A stretch of DNA of 34,158 nucleotides from Octopus bimaculoides (lineage: Eukaryota), in the NCBI RefSeq assembly GCF_001194135.2, contig NC_068991.1, forward strand, positions 35,022,570 to 35,056,727, in the 5' to 3' direction. Positions 1-11,785 of this stretch are shown here, piece by piece. Position 1 is the stretch's first letter, and each line of letters begins with the position of its first letter. The position numbers were made by a program, and so were the translations under genes. The notes under the pieces were generated by a model. That model did not search any database, had not been told where the DNA came from, and saw nothing but the letters and a program-made list of their open reading frames with translations.

Positions 1-637
1 ATAGCGTTTTATAAAAACAGTGATTGTTATTTAAATGCTGAAAATACATGTTGTTGCCAATGTTTACATCTGTAAAATTTTCTATGAACGTGTTTACCAG
101 GTTATTCTTTGAAAATAAAATAAAGTAAAGTTCAGTAACACAAAGGGAGCAAAATTTTCCACCCTTTTCATATGGCCTAGAAATAGAAAGAATTAGCCAG
201 TCTAGTTTAAATTTAATGTTATTATCTTTAAGATCCCAAATTAGTTTGCTAAGGCTCGTGGTATTACGTTTGTTTCTATCTCTAAATGTCGAGAAATGGT
301 TAGAAATTCTGGTGGATAATGGTGAAGAGGAAGATCCAGCATAAAAGTGAATATTTGTAGGAGTACTAACTTGGCATTGGTAGATAATGTTTTTGAGTTT
401 CGCATTATCACTTAAAAGACTAATTCTTTTGCTATTAACTTCAGAAATAATGATTTTGTTGTTGTGACTATTACTATTATGTATCGTGTTATTATTTTTG
501 TTCCCTATATTATTATTAGTGTTATTATTGTTATTTTGGTAAGGGTTAATAATGTCTGGCTCAATGTTATTACTGTTGGAACTCTCTAGTGGATGTAAAA
601 GCCTCATATTGTGTGCAGATATTATCTGTGAAATGTT
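1..637 (-). mobile_element. Penelope-like retroelement 3' fragment (linker + GIY-YIG endonuclease), runs off the window edge
   Basis: Manual minus-strand translation gives NISQIISAHNMRLL, an Asn-rich spacer, then KNIIYQCQV..FYAGSS..RISNHFSTF..TSLSKLIWDLK..W.I..PY..CSLCVTELYFI. An RCKH motif and stop occur in a shifted frame near 27-73. This matches the PLE GIY-YIG layout. It is absent from the ORF track because no stop is reached in the window. Confidence 0.85.
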
Positions 638-1672
638 CCTCAGCAGGTTGTCCCGTAGAAACCTCCAATTGTCTTCCACATTAGGTGATGCTATATCCCC
701 TTCTATTTCGTTGAAGGCTTCAAGTAACACATCTCTAAATCTCTGTCCATTTGCAGAATTTTTAAGCTTTCAGACCCTTCTTCTCCAAGCTGGTCTACTT
801 CTGGGCATCCACTTATCCCTGATCCCAAAGTTGCTAACTACTAATCTGTGTTGAGAGGTACATTCTTTGCCTGGGAAGCTTTTGGCATTTATAAGCAGTC
901 CTCTTTCTCTTTTTCTGGCGAGGATGTAGTCAATTTGGCTAGTGTGTCTGCTGGAACAGTAGGTGACTAGGTGACAGGCAGGTTTCCTGAAGTTGGTATT
1001 GCAAACCATAAGGTCGTTTACATCACAGAACTCCAGCAGTCTGGTTCCCTCCTCATTGTGGGAACCGAAGCCATAGCCTCCATGTATGCCATGGAAGCCC
1101 CCTGCATGTTGTCCAACATGTCCATTGAAATCACCAGCCACAAAGAGAAGGTCCCTGTCATTCGTCAATGAGGTAGTCTGCAATAGGGTGTCATAAAATT
1201 GGTCTTTTTGCCCATCCGGTAGCCCCAGTTGAGGGGCATAGGCCGAGATATCAGTAGCTAACATATGGTGAAGCACTAATCTAATCTTAAGTACTCTGTC
1301 ACATACTCTGACTACCTTGATTACCTTATCAACCCATTTCTCTCTGAGAAGTATACCTATGCCCCCGACCCCGTCAGTGTTCCCTGCCCAGAAAATTTTG
1401 TACCTGTGTTCTTTGCCTGTGAGGAACCTAGCGGAACCTTCTCTCCACCTTACTTCTTGGATGCAGCACAAATCTACACGTCTCCGTTCAAGCATCTCAA
1501 CAATCTCACCAGACCTACCTTTCAGTGTGCCGACATTGAGTGTGTCAACTCTGAGGTTGTGGGAGGTGTGGGCCTGTGAGACCCTGGGATGAAGGACAGT
1601 AGTGTCATGTAGCTGAAAAGAAAGCTTGCATTTGACAGAATTCATAAACAAGCAATAGCCTACAACCTGCAT
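638..1672 (-). mobile_element. RTE-clade LINE, AP-endonuclease region, 3'-truncated or interrupted
   Basis: ORF 770-1672 contains TLNVGTL, CCIQEVRW, SAYAPQ, AGDFNGHVG, IDYILAR and SQHRLVV. A W>stop lies at 770-772. Similarity to the copy at 28-29 kb continues to about 640 (DNWRFLRDNLLR vs GSWEFLRDSLLS). Confidence 0.92.
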
Positions 1673-1828
1673 ACACTACACCATTTTTATGCGCTATATC
1701 ATCAATAAACCCTGGATGGAGGTGTTTGCGAGAGACAACCAAGGATGACAGAGGATTGGAACATCCAGTAAAGGTGGAGCGGTGGGAGGGCGGGCATACC
1801 GCGAGCCAGCAAGTTTAGGTGAGAGCCA

Positions 1829-1868
1829 CTTCTGCACTTTTATACTATGGTAGACAAATTTAGAGAGA
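1829..1868. repeat. 40-bp exact direct repeat, copy 1 (copy 2 at 2621-2660)
   Basis: CTTCTGCACTTTTATACTATGGTAGACAAATTTAGAGAGA is identical at both sites and contains TATAAAAG on the minus strand. Confidence 0.95.
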
Positions 1869-2173
1869 ATGAATTAAAGAAATGATAAACTTGAATAAAA
1901 TAAAATAAATAAAATCTGACAATTAACGGATATGCATGAATTTAAGACAAATCTATCGGGCTATGTTTACATGGTAAAGAAATAGATAATAAAGAACGAA
2001 CGGTGGTGGGGATAGGGTTATGATCAACACAGAAACAGGAGTACATGAATGAGGTTGAAAGGATAAAATTCTTATCTGTTCATCTTCTGAATTTTGTATT
2101 CTATCAGCAGAGGAATTCAAACTCGATTAGAGGAAGCAGAGCATTGAGCTGGTTTATATAGAGTTAGGGTTAA

Positions 2174-2277
2174 NNNNNNNNNNNNNNNNNNNNNNNNNNN
2201 NNNNNNNNNNNNNNNNNNNNNNNNNNNNNNNNNNNNNNNNNNNNNNNNNNNNNNNNNNNNNNNNNNNNNNNNNNNNN
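2174..2277. other. Assembly gap (N run)
   Basis: 104 N. Confidence 1.
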
Positions 2278-2307
2278 GAAGAGATGGTGAACTTGGTGGT
2301 AAAATTG

Positions 2308-2376
2308 AAAAGAGAGAGAGAATGAGGCAGAGAGAGAGAATGAGGCAGAGAGAGAGTGAGGCAGAGAGAGAGTGAG

Positions 2377-2419
<43 letters not shown>

Positions 2420-2445
2420 GAGAGAGTGAGGCACAGATAGAGAGG
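2308..2445. repeat. (AG)n / GAGGCAGAGAGA compound microsatellite
   Basis: Visible AG repeats. The minus-strand S/L-rich ORFs here are low-complexity artefacts. Confidence 0.95.
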
Positions 2446-2620
2446 GGTCCGATTTAGGTGGACAGGCAGAAAATACATCACAAGGAGAATATTCTTTGGG
2501 ATTTTCGGTAACATAATTGAATGAAACAGCAAATGCCGAAATCGTGAGACAGAAGTGAAAAATATTTTTGGGATTCTGGGAAATAGAATTTAATGAAATA
2601 GCAGATGCCAGCGAGAGCAG

Positions 2621-2660
2621 CTTCTGCACTTTTATACTATGGTAGACAAATTTAGAGAGA
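2621..2660. repeat. 40-bp exact direct repeat, copy 2
   Basis: Identical to 1829-1868. Confidence 0.95.
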
Positions 2661-3115
2661 GCACATTCAATGAAGATGTCACCTAACACAGTAGATGCAG
2701 TGGTTGTCTTTATTGCATGTATGAAAATACCTACAATATCTTTTAAATTATTAAATTTAAGGACAATGTTTTTTAAATTAAACTTAAATTTATTATTTAA
2801 AATTGAGCAAGGTTTTAAATTCTTTTGTTATGGCTCAGCAGACTATAATAAACAGGAAAGAGGTAGTTGAGAAGTGAGCTCTGATGCATCACTACCTACA
2901 TGTTAAATTCATTGCTGCACTCATTGTAGACTCCAACCTACACCTCTGTTTATGGTTTGTATAACCCTCATGAGTCATTTCTCTACCCATCAGGAACCCA
3001 AGGAAACTGGTTATAGTCTGCATTGGCAAATTTCGATCAATATAAATTTTGAAAAAGTTTATTTGTTGCATTGGTTATAGAATATGTTTCATTGCTCTGG
3101 TCCATCAATTGAAAG

Positions 3116-3322
3116 CATTGTGGAATGATTCCAACCAAGAAGTGACTAAAACTGGACTGATGTATTATTATAAAATAAAGTACTGTGAACAATAGTGAGC
3201 AGTTCACTGAGAGCTGTTGGCAGAGAGCATTTAACCTCATGTAACAGTAATCATAGTGCATCATGTGATACTTTCTTTCCACCTGCTCTGTTAAATTATA
3301 TATCCAACACCAGGATATAAAA
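3116..3322 (+). repeat. 5' LTR of the Gypsy element
   Basis: Aligns end to end with 7037-7246, about 85-88% identical by eye; starts CA where the 3' LTR has TG. Confidence 0.92.
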
Positions 3323-3405
3323 GTGGTGACGAGTTGTTTGAAGCTTGTGTTGGACATTTTAAAATATTTTTCTTTTGGTAACAAACCAAAGAACAATCAT
3401 TTAAC

Positions 3406-6400
3406 ATGGAGGACTTATTGGTGCAGTTCCAACGACAACAGCTGCTGTCTTAGCAACTACAATGACAACAACAACGAAACCAACAGTTGCTGGAATTAAT
3501 GTTGATGAAGTCTGAAAATACTTCAGGTTCTTACTCACCAGACAGCGAAGCAAATTCAGTTGAAGAATTCAGCTATAAACCAAAAGAAGGGATTACCCTT
3601 TCTGCATATTTTTGAAGATACAAAGAAACCTTCAGAGAAGAATGTAAAAATTGGTCTGATGGGAAGAAAGTACAACTACTTTTAAGAAAATTATCCCCTG
3701 CCAAACTCGAAAAATCTAGTAACTATATTCTACCAAAGAAGCCAGGTGAGATTAGTTTTGATGAAACAATTTTTTATTGAAAATTTTCAGTGAAAGAAGT
3801 TCTGTGTTCAATACTTGCTGGCAGTGCTTAAATTTGTTCAAAAAAGATGATGAAGATTTTGTCACCTATGCTGGGGTTGTTAACAGAGAGTGTGAAAAAT
3901 TCAAACTAAATGAATTAACCCTGGACATGTTCAAATGTCTAATTTTTGTTCAAGGGCAAACTACAAGCAAAGTTGGAGATACACATTCCTGGATATCAAC
4001 AAAATTAGAACAGGACCAAAAATTAACTCTACAGGCAGTAGGAGAAGAATGCCCAAGGATTATAAATCTAAGACATGTCACAGATAAAATTGAAGAAAAA
4101 AGTTGCTCTCATATTCATGCATGTTAACCGGTAATAGATAAGAAAAAAGAGAAAAAATGTCAAGACCAAATCCATGTTATGAGTGCAGTGGTCTACATTT
4201 TAAAAGTAACTGTTCATTTAAAAATATAAAATGCTTCAAGTGTGGTAAGATAGGTCATAAAAAATCACACTGTAAAACAAAACCTAAAAAACAGTCCAAC
4301 AGAAAAAAAATCCCACAAACAGGTCATTGTTGGACAAGAAATACAAATGAGTCGCAAAGGAAATTTGTGTATGTAAAAATTAATAACATATACGTAAAGT
4401 TACAATTGGATATGGGCAGTGATATCTCGATAGCTAACACAGATACAGGGGAAAAAATCGGGAAACCGAGATTAAAATAAAATTTGAAAATTGTTTCAGG
4501 AAAAAAATGACTAGAAAAAATCAGAGTTATCCAAAAAGTGGAATATAGTCAATGGCATCACCAACTGTAGATGTTAAGAAAAAGAATAATAAAATCAGAG
4601 TGTCTTAAAACACTTCAGAGGGTCTTAAAACAAATGTCTTAAAACACTCCACTTACTCCCAAAGACATATTTGTGAAATTAAACAATGGCAAGATATTTT
4701 CTAAATTCGATCTCTCCGATGCATACCTACAAATTAGAGTAGATGATGAATGTTCTACATACCTAACAATTAACACACATAAAGGACTGTATAAATTCAA
4801 CACCGACAATTTTTCAACAGATTAATGATGCAATGTTTGTAGACTGTGAATTCACAATTCCTTATCTGGATGATATACCCATAAAAAGTGAATGCCAAGA
4901 CCAACACGCAGAGTATGTAGAATATGTGTTTGAAAAAAATTAGGGATTATGGCTTTACCTTGAGTGAAGAAAAGTGTGAATTTTTCTTACTGAAAATAAA
5001 ATATTTAGGACAAATCATTGACAGAAATGGACGTCGATCAGGTCTGTCAAAGACAGACACAATTAAAAATATGCCCCCTCCGACAAAAATAGTAACCTTA
5101 CAAGCTTTTTTGGGACTGGCAAATTATTGCCAAAATTATATTCCAAATATGCATAAGGTAAGAGTTCCACTAAGTAATCTATTAAAAAAAAAATGTTAAG
5201 TGGAATTGGTTTGAAAATGGTCAGGAGGTGTTTGACAAAATTTTTTAAATATTAACATCTGATTTGCTGCTAGCATATTTCAGTCCTGCAATGGAGATTG
5301 TAGTAGCTTCACATGCCTCTGAGTACGGTATCAGAGCAGTAATGCTACGTAAATATAAAGATAACTTGAAGGTGGTGATTCATGCCTCACTTCCTCTATC
5401 AGCAGAACAAAATTACAGCCAAATTGAAAAAGAGGTTGTAGCGATTACTTTTGCCAAAAACAAATTTCTTAGATTTTTACACAGTAGAAGTTTTTGACTA
5501 CAGACTGATCATCATCCATTATTATCTATATATGAGTCAAAGGAAGGAATCCCTACTGATACTAATAGGTTGCAATGCTGGGGTACTATATTATTAAGCT
5601 ATGATTTTAAGATGGAGTATATACTATCTAAGAAATTGGGACATGCTGATTGCTTATCAAGACTGATTTCAAAAAATGCTGAACCATTTGAAGATACTGT
5701 GAGTGCTGCATTGTGAGTGGAAAATGAAATTAAAAATGTTTTGTGTAACGTCATATATGAACTGCCTGTCACATTACAAGACATAAAATTAAAACTGGAA
5801 AACAATAAATTCATTAAAAAAATAAAAGAAATGCTGAAGGCTAAAAGAGATAGAAGTATGTGCAATACAAATTCGAACCCATTCACAATGTGTGACAGTG
5901 TGTTGATGTGTGCACAAAGAGTTGTAGTGCCAGCCACACTACAGAAGCGATTACCAAAGGAATTTCACATTGGTCACCCAGGGATTTCAAGAATGAAATC
6001 GCTAATGAGAGGTTATTTATATGGGCCAACAATGGACTGTGACATTGAAGAACTATTGAAAACATTCAGAGGGTGTGCCCTAGCTACAAAAGCACCTACC
6101 ACTAAATGGCAACAATGGCCAAGAACAGATATTCCATGGTCCAGACGGCATGTTGATTATGCAGGTCCACTTAAGGGTTCATATTATCATGTTGTGGTGG
6201 ACAGTTTTTCAAAGTGGCCTGAAGTGCATAAGTGTACAAAGCTGATATCTGTGGTTACAGTAAGTTTTTTTACATAAATTGTTTGCCAGATATGGGATTC
6301 CTGATACCATTGTGTCTGATAATGGAACTTAATTTACTTCAGATGAGTTCAGAAAATTTTGTAAAATGTTCATCATCAAACAAGTCACCACTCCACCATA

Positions 6401-6990
6401 TCACCCTAAGTCAAATGGATAAGTGGAAAGTTTTGTTGACACTTTCAAGAGGGTATAAAAAAAGGTGCAATGAAGTAAAGGATGACCTTGCACTTCAACC
6501 ATCTCTAAGAATATACTGAATGACACCTAATCTGAATACGCCATCTGGAAAGTCACCTGTAGAATTGATGTTTGCTAGAAAGATTAAATCCGTTTTTGAT
6601 AAGTTGATACAGAGTAAAAATAGTAAATAGGCAAACAACAAAAATACTTCAAAGTTCTTCAAGTTAGGTGACAAAATTTTTTAAAAACCCTATAGATATG
6701 GCAAAGAAAGCTGGGAGGACAGTGTAATCATTAAACAAATTGGAAGAATGTTGTTCCTGATAAAAGGAAAAAATGTCGAATATAAAAGACATATTAACCA
6801 ACTTTAAAAAAGATTCACGGAAAAAACAGTCATGAGAAATGAAATCCCCATGGAAGTATTGTATGACACGTTTGAGGTATTAACACCCAAACAATTTGAA
6901 ACTACACGTTCTAACACCAGAAAACAGAAAAGAACAGAAACATTGAAGTTGAACCCTAAGTGTAAGAAATATTAAAATTCTAAGCAGGGA
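3406..6990 (+). pseudogene. gag-pol pseudogene of the Gypsy element
   Basis: ATG at 3406; zinc knuckles CYECSGLHFKSNC and CFKCGKIGHKKSHC; protease LDMGSD; RT YSQWASP and YLDDI; RNase H VASHASEYG; integrase HIGHPG..C, HVDYAGP, IVSDNG and HPKSNG. Many stops and frameshifts, and an apparent deletion between PR and RT near 4500. Confidence 0.92.
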
Positions 6991-7036
6991 GAAGTTAGGA
7001 GAGAAGTTAGAGGAGACTAATTCTAAAAAGGAGAGA

Positions 7037-7246
7037 TGTTGTGGAAGGATTCCAAGCATCCCTAAGTGACTAAAAGTGGACTGACTCATTGCTGTAAAAT
7101 AAAGTACTGTGAGCAATAGTGAGCGGTTCACTGTGAGATTTGGCAGAGAGCATTTAACTTCATGCAACAGTGATCGTAGTGCATCATGTGAATACTTTCT
7201 TCACCCCTGCTTTGTAAAATTATATATCCAACACCAGGATATAAAA
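7037..7246 (+). repeat. 3' LTR of the Gypsy element
   Basis: Starts TGTTG after the polypurine tract and matches the 5' LTR. Confidence 0.92.
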
Positions 7247-7599
7247 GAAAGTGGAGAAATTAAGGCTAAAACTGAAGCTGAGGAAATGATTTAGTGAGGA
7301 GAGGGATCACCTAGCAAGAGGGCTGATGTGATAAGTAAGAAGCCAAAAAGGAAAGCTGACAAAGGAGAAGAGTAAATAAACTAGGTAGGCAGGTAGATAG
7401 ATATATTCCTCAAACAACTACAAAAAAAAGGTATATTAAGGAGACAGGGCTAAGTATAATAGAGGGAAGTGGAGGAAGCAAAAATGCAACACATTAAACA
7501 ACCATAGAGTACCTTAGTTTTCTATGAAATGTTGCAAGTGATACTGTAATAAATTGGTTAAATATATGCAAATACTTCTTGAATTATTTTTGCATTTAA

Positions 7600-9695
7600 C
7601 TCTAAATTTGTAATTAGAACATAGTATGAATAATAAAATTTACTCAAACTTTAACAAAAGCAAAGGCTTTAGTAAATAAGAAAGAAGACAGGATTCTAGT
7701 ATCTTCAAGGAAATGGCCTTACTAAGTATGCAGAAAGGATTTGGTACAAACTCCATGCACTGTACCCAATGTAAGCTATGGATATACAAGAGAAGTAGTG
7801 GAATCACAAGCAAACTAACTAAGAAAGAAAGCTTCGTTTATGATAGATGTACTGGAACAATATAAACAATGGGCACACTGGAATTAGGTTCTCTTAAATG
7901 CCTGGACTGGTTCACAAGAATTAGTTGATAACTTTTGTTCACTTGGAGATATAATTAGTTAGGGAGGTAGTTGTTCTAATAGTACAGTTGCCAGGGTAAG
8001 AATGAGTTGGAGAAAATTCAAAGAGCTACTACTTCTGCTAGAAACAACGGTATTTTCCCACAGAGTGATGGGCAAATTGTATGATACTTGTGTTAGAAAT
8101 GTGATGCTGCATAACAGTGAAACAGGGGTTTGAATGAAAAGGACACAAGAAGACTAAAAAAAGAAATGAAGTGAGCATGCTCTGTTGGATGTGTAAGGTA
8201 AGCGTGCATGAATGACAAAGTACAAATGTGTTGAGAGAAAAGTGGGACATTAGAGGAAACAGATGTAGTGTGCAAAAAAGAAGATTGTGCTAGTATGGAC
8301 ATATGATGTATATGGATGAAAACAGCTGTATAAAGAAGTGCCAATCACTTAAGTTGGATGGAGCCTGTGGAAGAAGGAGACTCAGGAAGACATGAGATGA
8401 AGTGGTGAAGGCTGATCTCAGGACATTGGACCTCATGGAGGAAATGACAGAGAACCAAGATGACCAGTAATATGTAGCACTCAACAAAACCCACCCATCT
8501 CAGTGAGACTGAAATTCTAGAAGCACAGTGTATACATATAGATGAACAACTGGGCCCTTTACCCAACTTCTTCCACAAACCATCCACACTATCCATCATC
8601 TCTCTATCACTGACTCTTCCATCACCAGCCTAACTACAATATTATGCTGTCGTAACTAGATGTAAGCTGAACTGCAAGCTTCACCAGTTTTACCCTGACA
8701 CCACTTTTCTTTTTCACTACTGAGAACTTTTCACTTGATATCCATCCTTCATTCTTAAAGCTGTCTTTCTCAACCCATATTTTACATTGATCAACTTTTT
8801 GTACCACCAAATTATCTCTCCTTCCTCACAATCATATGTCTCTCACTCTCCCTATGCACAATGCCAACCTCACCCTCACTTCACAATCTTGCAACTTACT
8901 TTACAACATGTCATCTCTCTTTCTCTCATCCTTCCCTTGTCTACTGCATTATCATTGCTGTTCTGTTCCTCTTCACTTTCTGTACTGTCACTCATCTCCT
9001 ACTCTCCCTACCTCCTCCAGTTTATATGTATCCTTAATCACCTCTTATCCACTATGCATTACATCCACCCTGCTAAACTAGCCAATCTCCACAGTAATCA
9101 CCTACTTTTCCCTACCTTCTGTCCAACTTGTAATTCTCAATCCCTCAACACTTGTCTTCTTTCATTATATTCACCCATTCCCCATCTATAACCACCTCTC
9201 ATTCCCCCTACACTCCTGCAACCTCTACTCAACTTCATTTCTTTCTATTTGTCCCCACTCACTTCCACTTACCTCATACCTTAAAGATCTACACTTAAAG
9301 GTCATCTCACTTCCCAGCTCCACCTTGGTCACTCCTATCCTACCTTTTTTAATGTGAGTAGCCATGTAGCTTTTCTACAGCTAGAAATCTCTTCTCTTCT
9401 AGTCTCTTCTTTCATACTTTAACCTCTGATCTAGCATACATCTTTCTCCACTGTAATCTACTCAGTTGAAAGGGATATTAGTCTTATAAGCTGCATAGTA
9501 ACCTCACTAGTGCTGATGCCACAAAAATAGTACCCAGCACACTCTGTAAGGTGGTTGGCATTAGGAAGGTCCCATTTTAGGGACTATGCCAAAGCAGACA
9601 TTGAATTTCAATCCAGTTCTCAAATCTGTCAGATCCTAACAAACCATCCAACCCATGCTAACATGGAACATGAACATTAAAAGATGATGGTGGTC
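7600..9695 (+). mobile_element. 5'-truncated RTE LINE: RT C-terminus, about 1 kb C/T-rich 3' region and GAT-repeat tail
   Basis: Degenerate translation gives KWP..VCRKG.GTNSMHCTQCKLW, DNFCSLGD, RVRMSWRKFKELL, LYDTCVRNVMLHNSET and EVVKADLRTL. The pyrimidine-rich stretch mirrors 15245-15890 on the other strand, and the element ends ATTAAAAGATGATGGTGG. Confidence 0.85.
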
Positions 9696-9789
9696 AGGTG
9701 TTCCCTGAGACATGGAATGTATTTTATGCGTTCCATATAAGTACAAAAGCACTGAGTTAAAATATTGTATGCTAATACACATTTACCCC

Positions 9790-11690
9790 ATTATACAATT
9801 ATATACAATGATACATATTGAGAAGCCAAATTGAGTTGCTGTAGCTTGGACAAATCTTGTAATCAAGAATGAACCACCATATTGATAGAAAACTATAGGC
9901 TCATAGTTTGCCTAAACATTATCTACAAACTGTACACAAGCCACCTCAACCAATTCCTCCAGATTATTGTGAGTGAGTTCAACAACATAGTGACTAATAA
10001 GTGAGCAGGTAGAAAGAAGGGAGTGTAGGGATGTGCTGAACAACTTTTCATAACCAGTGCTATATTGGCTGAAGAAAACACTATAGAAACCTTGTTATAG
10101 TATGGCTTAGTTCTATTCTCCATTTATGACTGCTGAAGTGTTTATGTTAGGCAAAAGTTTCTGCTACATCACAAAGCCTTGAGCAACGATTTTCACATTT
10201 TCAACTAGGAACAGAACAATTGTCTTCAATGTTATAAATAATTCGAAAGGAATATTCCAAGGAAGTAGTCTTTCTGTAATTCTGTTCATTTTGACAATAA
10301 ATCTATTATCATTCCTGCCACAAAAATCAAATGGCCCTATTCTTGGGTCTGAAACTGCTAGAAATATCTAACCCATAATTTCTTTGTGGATGACCAGAAG
10401 ATTTATATTAAAAATGTTAACAATGCCAAAATAACAGTTGGAGTTAATAACAACATTTTCAGCTGATACAAGAATGGAATTTGGCCAAAAGAAATATTCG
10501 TATAGATGATGATGATGATTGTTGAATGTAGGAAATCTGTCCCTCACACTCAGAACCTGTGCATCTACAGTCTTGCTATCACTCCTGTTCCACACAAAGA
10601 ATGCTACAAATATCTAGGAATTGATTAAAACATAACCAATGAAGATACTGTGAATAAAGTTAGTGTAACCTGAGAATATTATACCAGACTTAGAAAAATA
10701 TGGTAGCTGGAACACTCCTCTTACAACAAGATAATATCCTACAATATATTTTCAGTCCCTTTACTGATTTCAACATGTGGGATACTTGATTGGTTTGTAG
10801 AGGAAATCCACTCCATAGACATTAAAACCAACAAGATCCTGACATCAATTGGAAATTTCAACAGAAACAGTGACATCAAATGGCTGAACTAAGAAGCGAT
10901 GAAGAAGATCAATGCAGATAGCCTTCAAATGTCATATAGTTTCTCTCAGACAGTGCCTGCTAAACAGCAGCAGAAACAATAAATACATACACTTAGTACT
11001 GAAAAGTGAAGAAAACAATATCCTACAAGTTGGCACTGAGCTCCTCAAGAAGCACTCTTTTCCTGATGACCTCCCATAAAACACCAAGACAGCCAGACTA
11101 ACATACCTCAAAGAAGACCTGGATGTGAAACACTCAATATACCAAAAAAAGAGAAAGAAGAAATTGTGCATGGATATGTTTCTCAATGATTGAAAGAAAA
11201 CATTAATACCAGCATGAAGTGCAGCCTCTCTTGAACTCCTGACTGGTACACTACATTATGCTTCAAAGGCCATGCATTTTCAGTGCATGAACAGGAGACT
11301 GCTACAAAATACCTTGCAAACAAAAGCAATACTGAAGCCCTTAGAGCCTCAAGATGCAGCTAAAAATGTTGATTATGTCATATTTCTGGGGAAGATATCA
11401 CACAAGTGATCAGCAGCTGCCCAAAAGTGTTATCAGAGTACTACCTCCCTATGTGACATGGTGTTGTCACAATGCTATTTGAAAAAAGAGTGTCCTGGAA
11501 TAAAAACAGAGAATCCTCCCATTATTAAATACATACACAAACATTGACACATCAAGTATAAACATAACAGACTAAACATTGTTTGGGACAGTAAAAAAAG
11601 TGTGCAGTCATAGAGGTCAGTTGCCCTGCTGATGTGAATATCTCTTCAAAAATCAAAAAAGATAACTGCAGACAATGATTTTGATAATAC
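9790..11690 (+). mobile_element. R4/Dong-like non-LTR retrotransposon (RT + CCHC + restriction-like endonuclease), heavily degraded
   Basis: NYRLIVCLNIIYKLYT, GCAEQL, GIFQGSSLSVILF, HNFFVDDQKIY, CYKYLGI and IDIKTNKILT. C-terminal C..C..GEDITQVISSCP...Y...HGVV and KHNRLNIVWD..KCAVIEVSCPADVNI (PD-(D/E)xK remnant). Confidence 0.82.
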
Positions 11691-11785
11691 TACTGCATGT
11701 GTTTGTTCCCTTTTCTTTTGGTGTTAGCTGCCACCAGTAATGAGCAGTTGTTCAATGTTTTGGAGGGTGGAGGAAGATTGTATAA

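Larger units (their letters stand above)
3116..7246 (+). mobile_element. Full-span, decayed Ty3/Gypsy LTR retrotransposon with 5-bp TSD GAAAG
   Basis: Paired LTRs at 3116-3322 and 7037-7246; GAAAG at 3111-3115 and 7247-7251; PBS-like TGGTGACGAG at 3324-3333; PPT AAAAAGGAGAGA just before 7037; domain order gag-PR-RT-RH-IN. Confidence 0.95.

Noticed and set aside
1600-1625. TTCTTTTCAG shared with 28032-28041 upstream of both APE domains, suggesting a conserved splice acceptor in the LINE
   Set aside because: Both copies have an in-frame ATG just upstream (MNSV..KLSFQ / MSV..KPSFQ), so ordinary homology explains it.
2161-2173. TTAGGGTTA beside the gap, possibly telomeric repeat
   Set aside because: Only one full unit; the other side of the gap is AG repeat.
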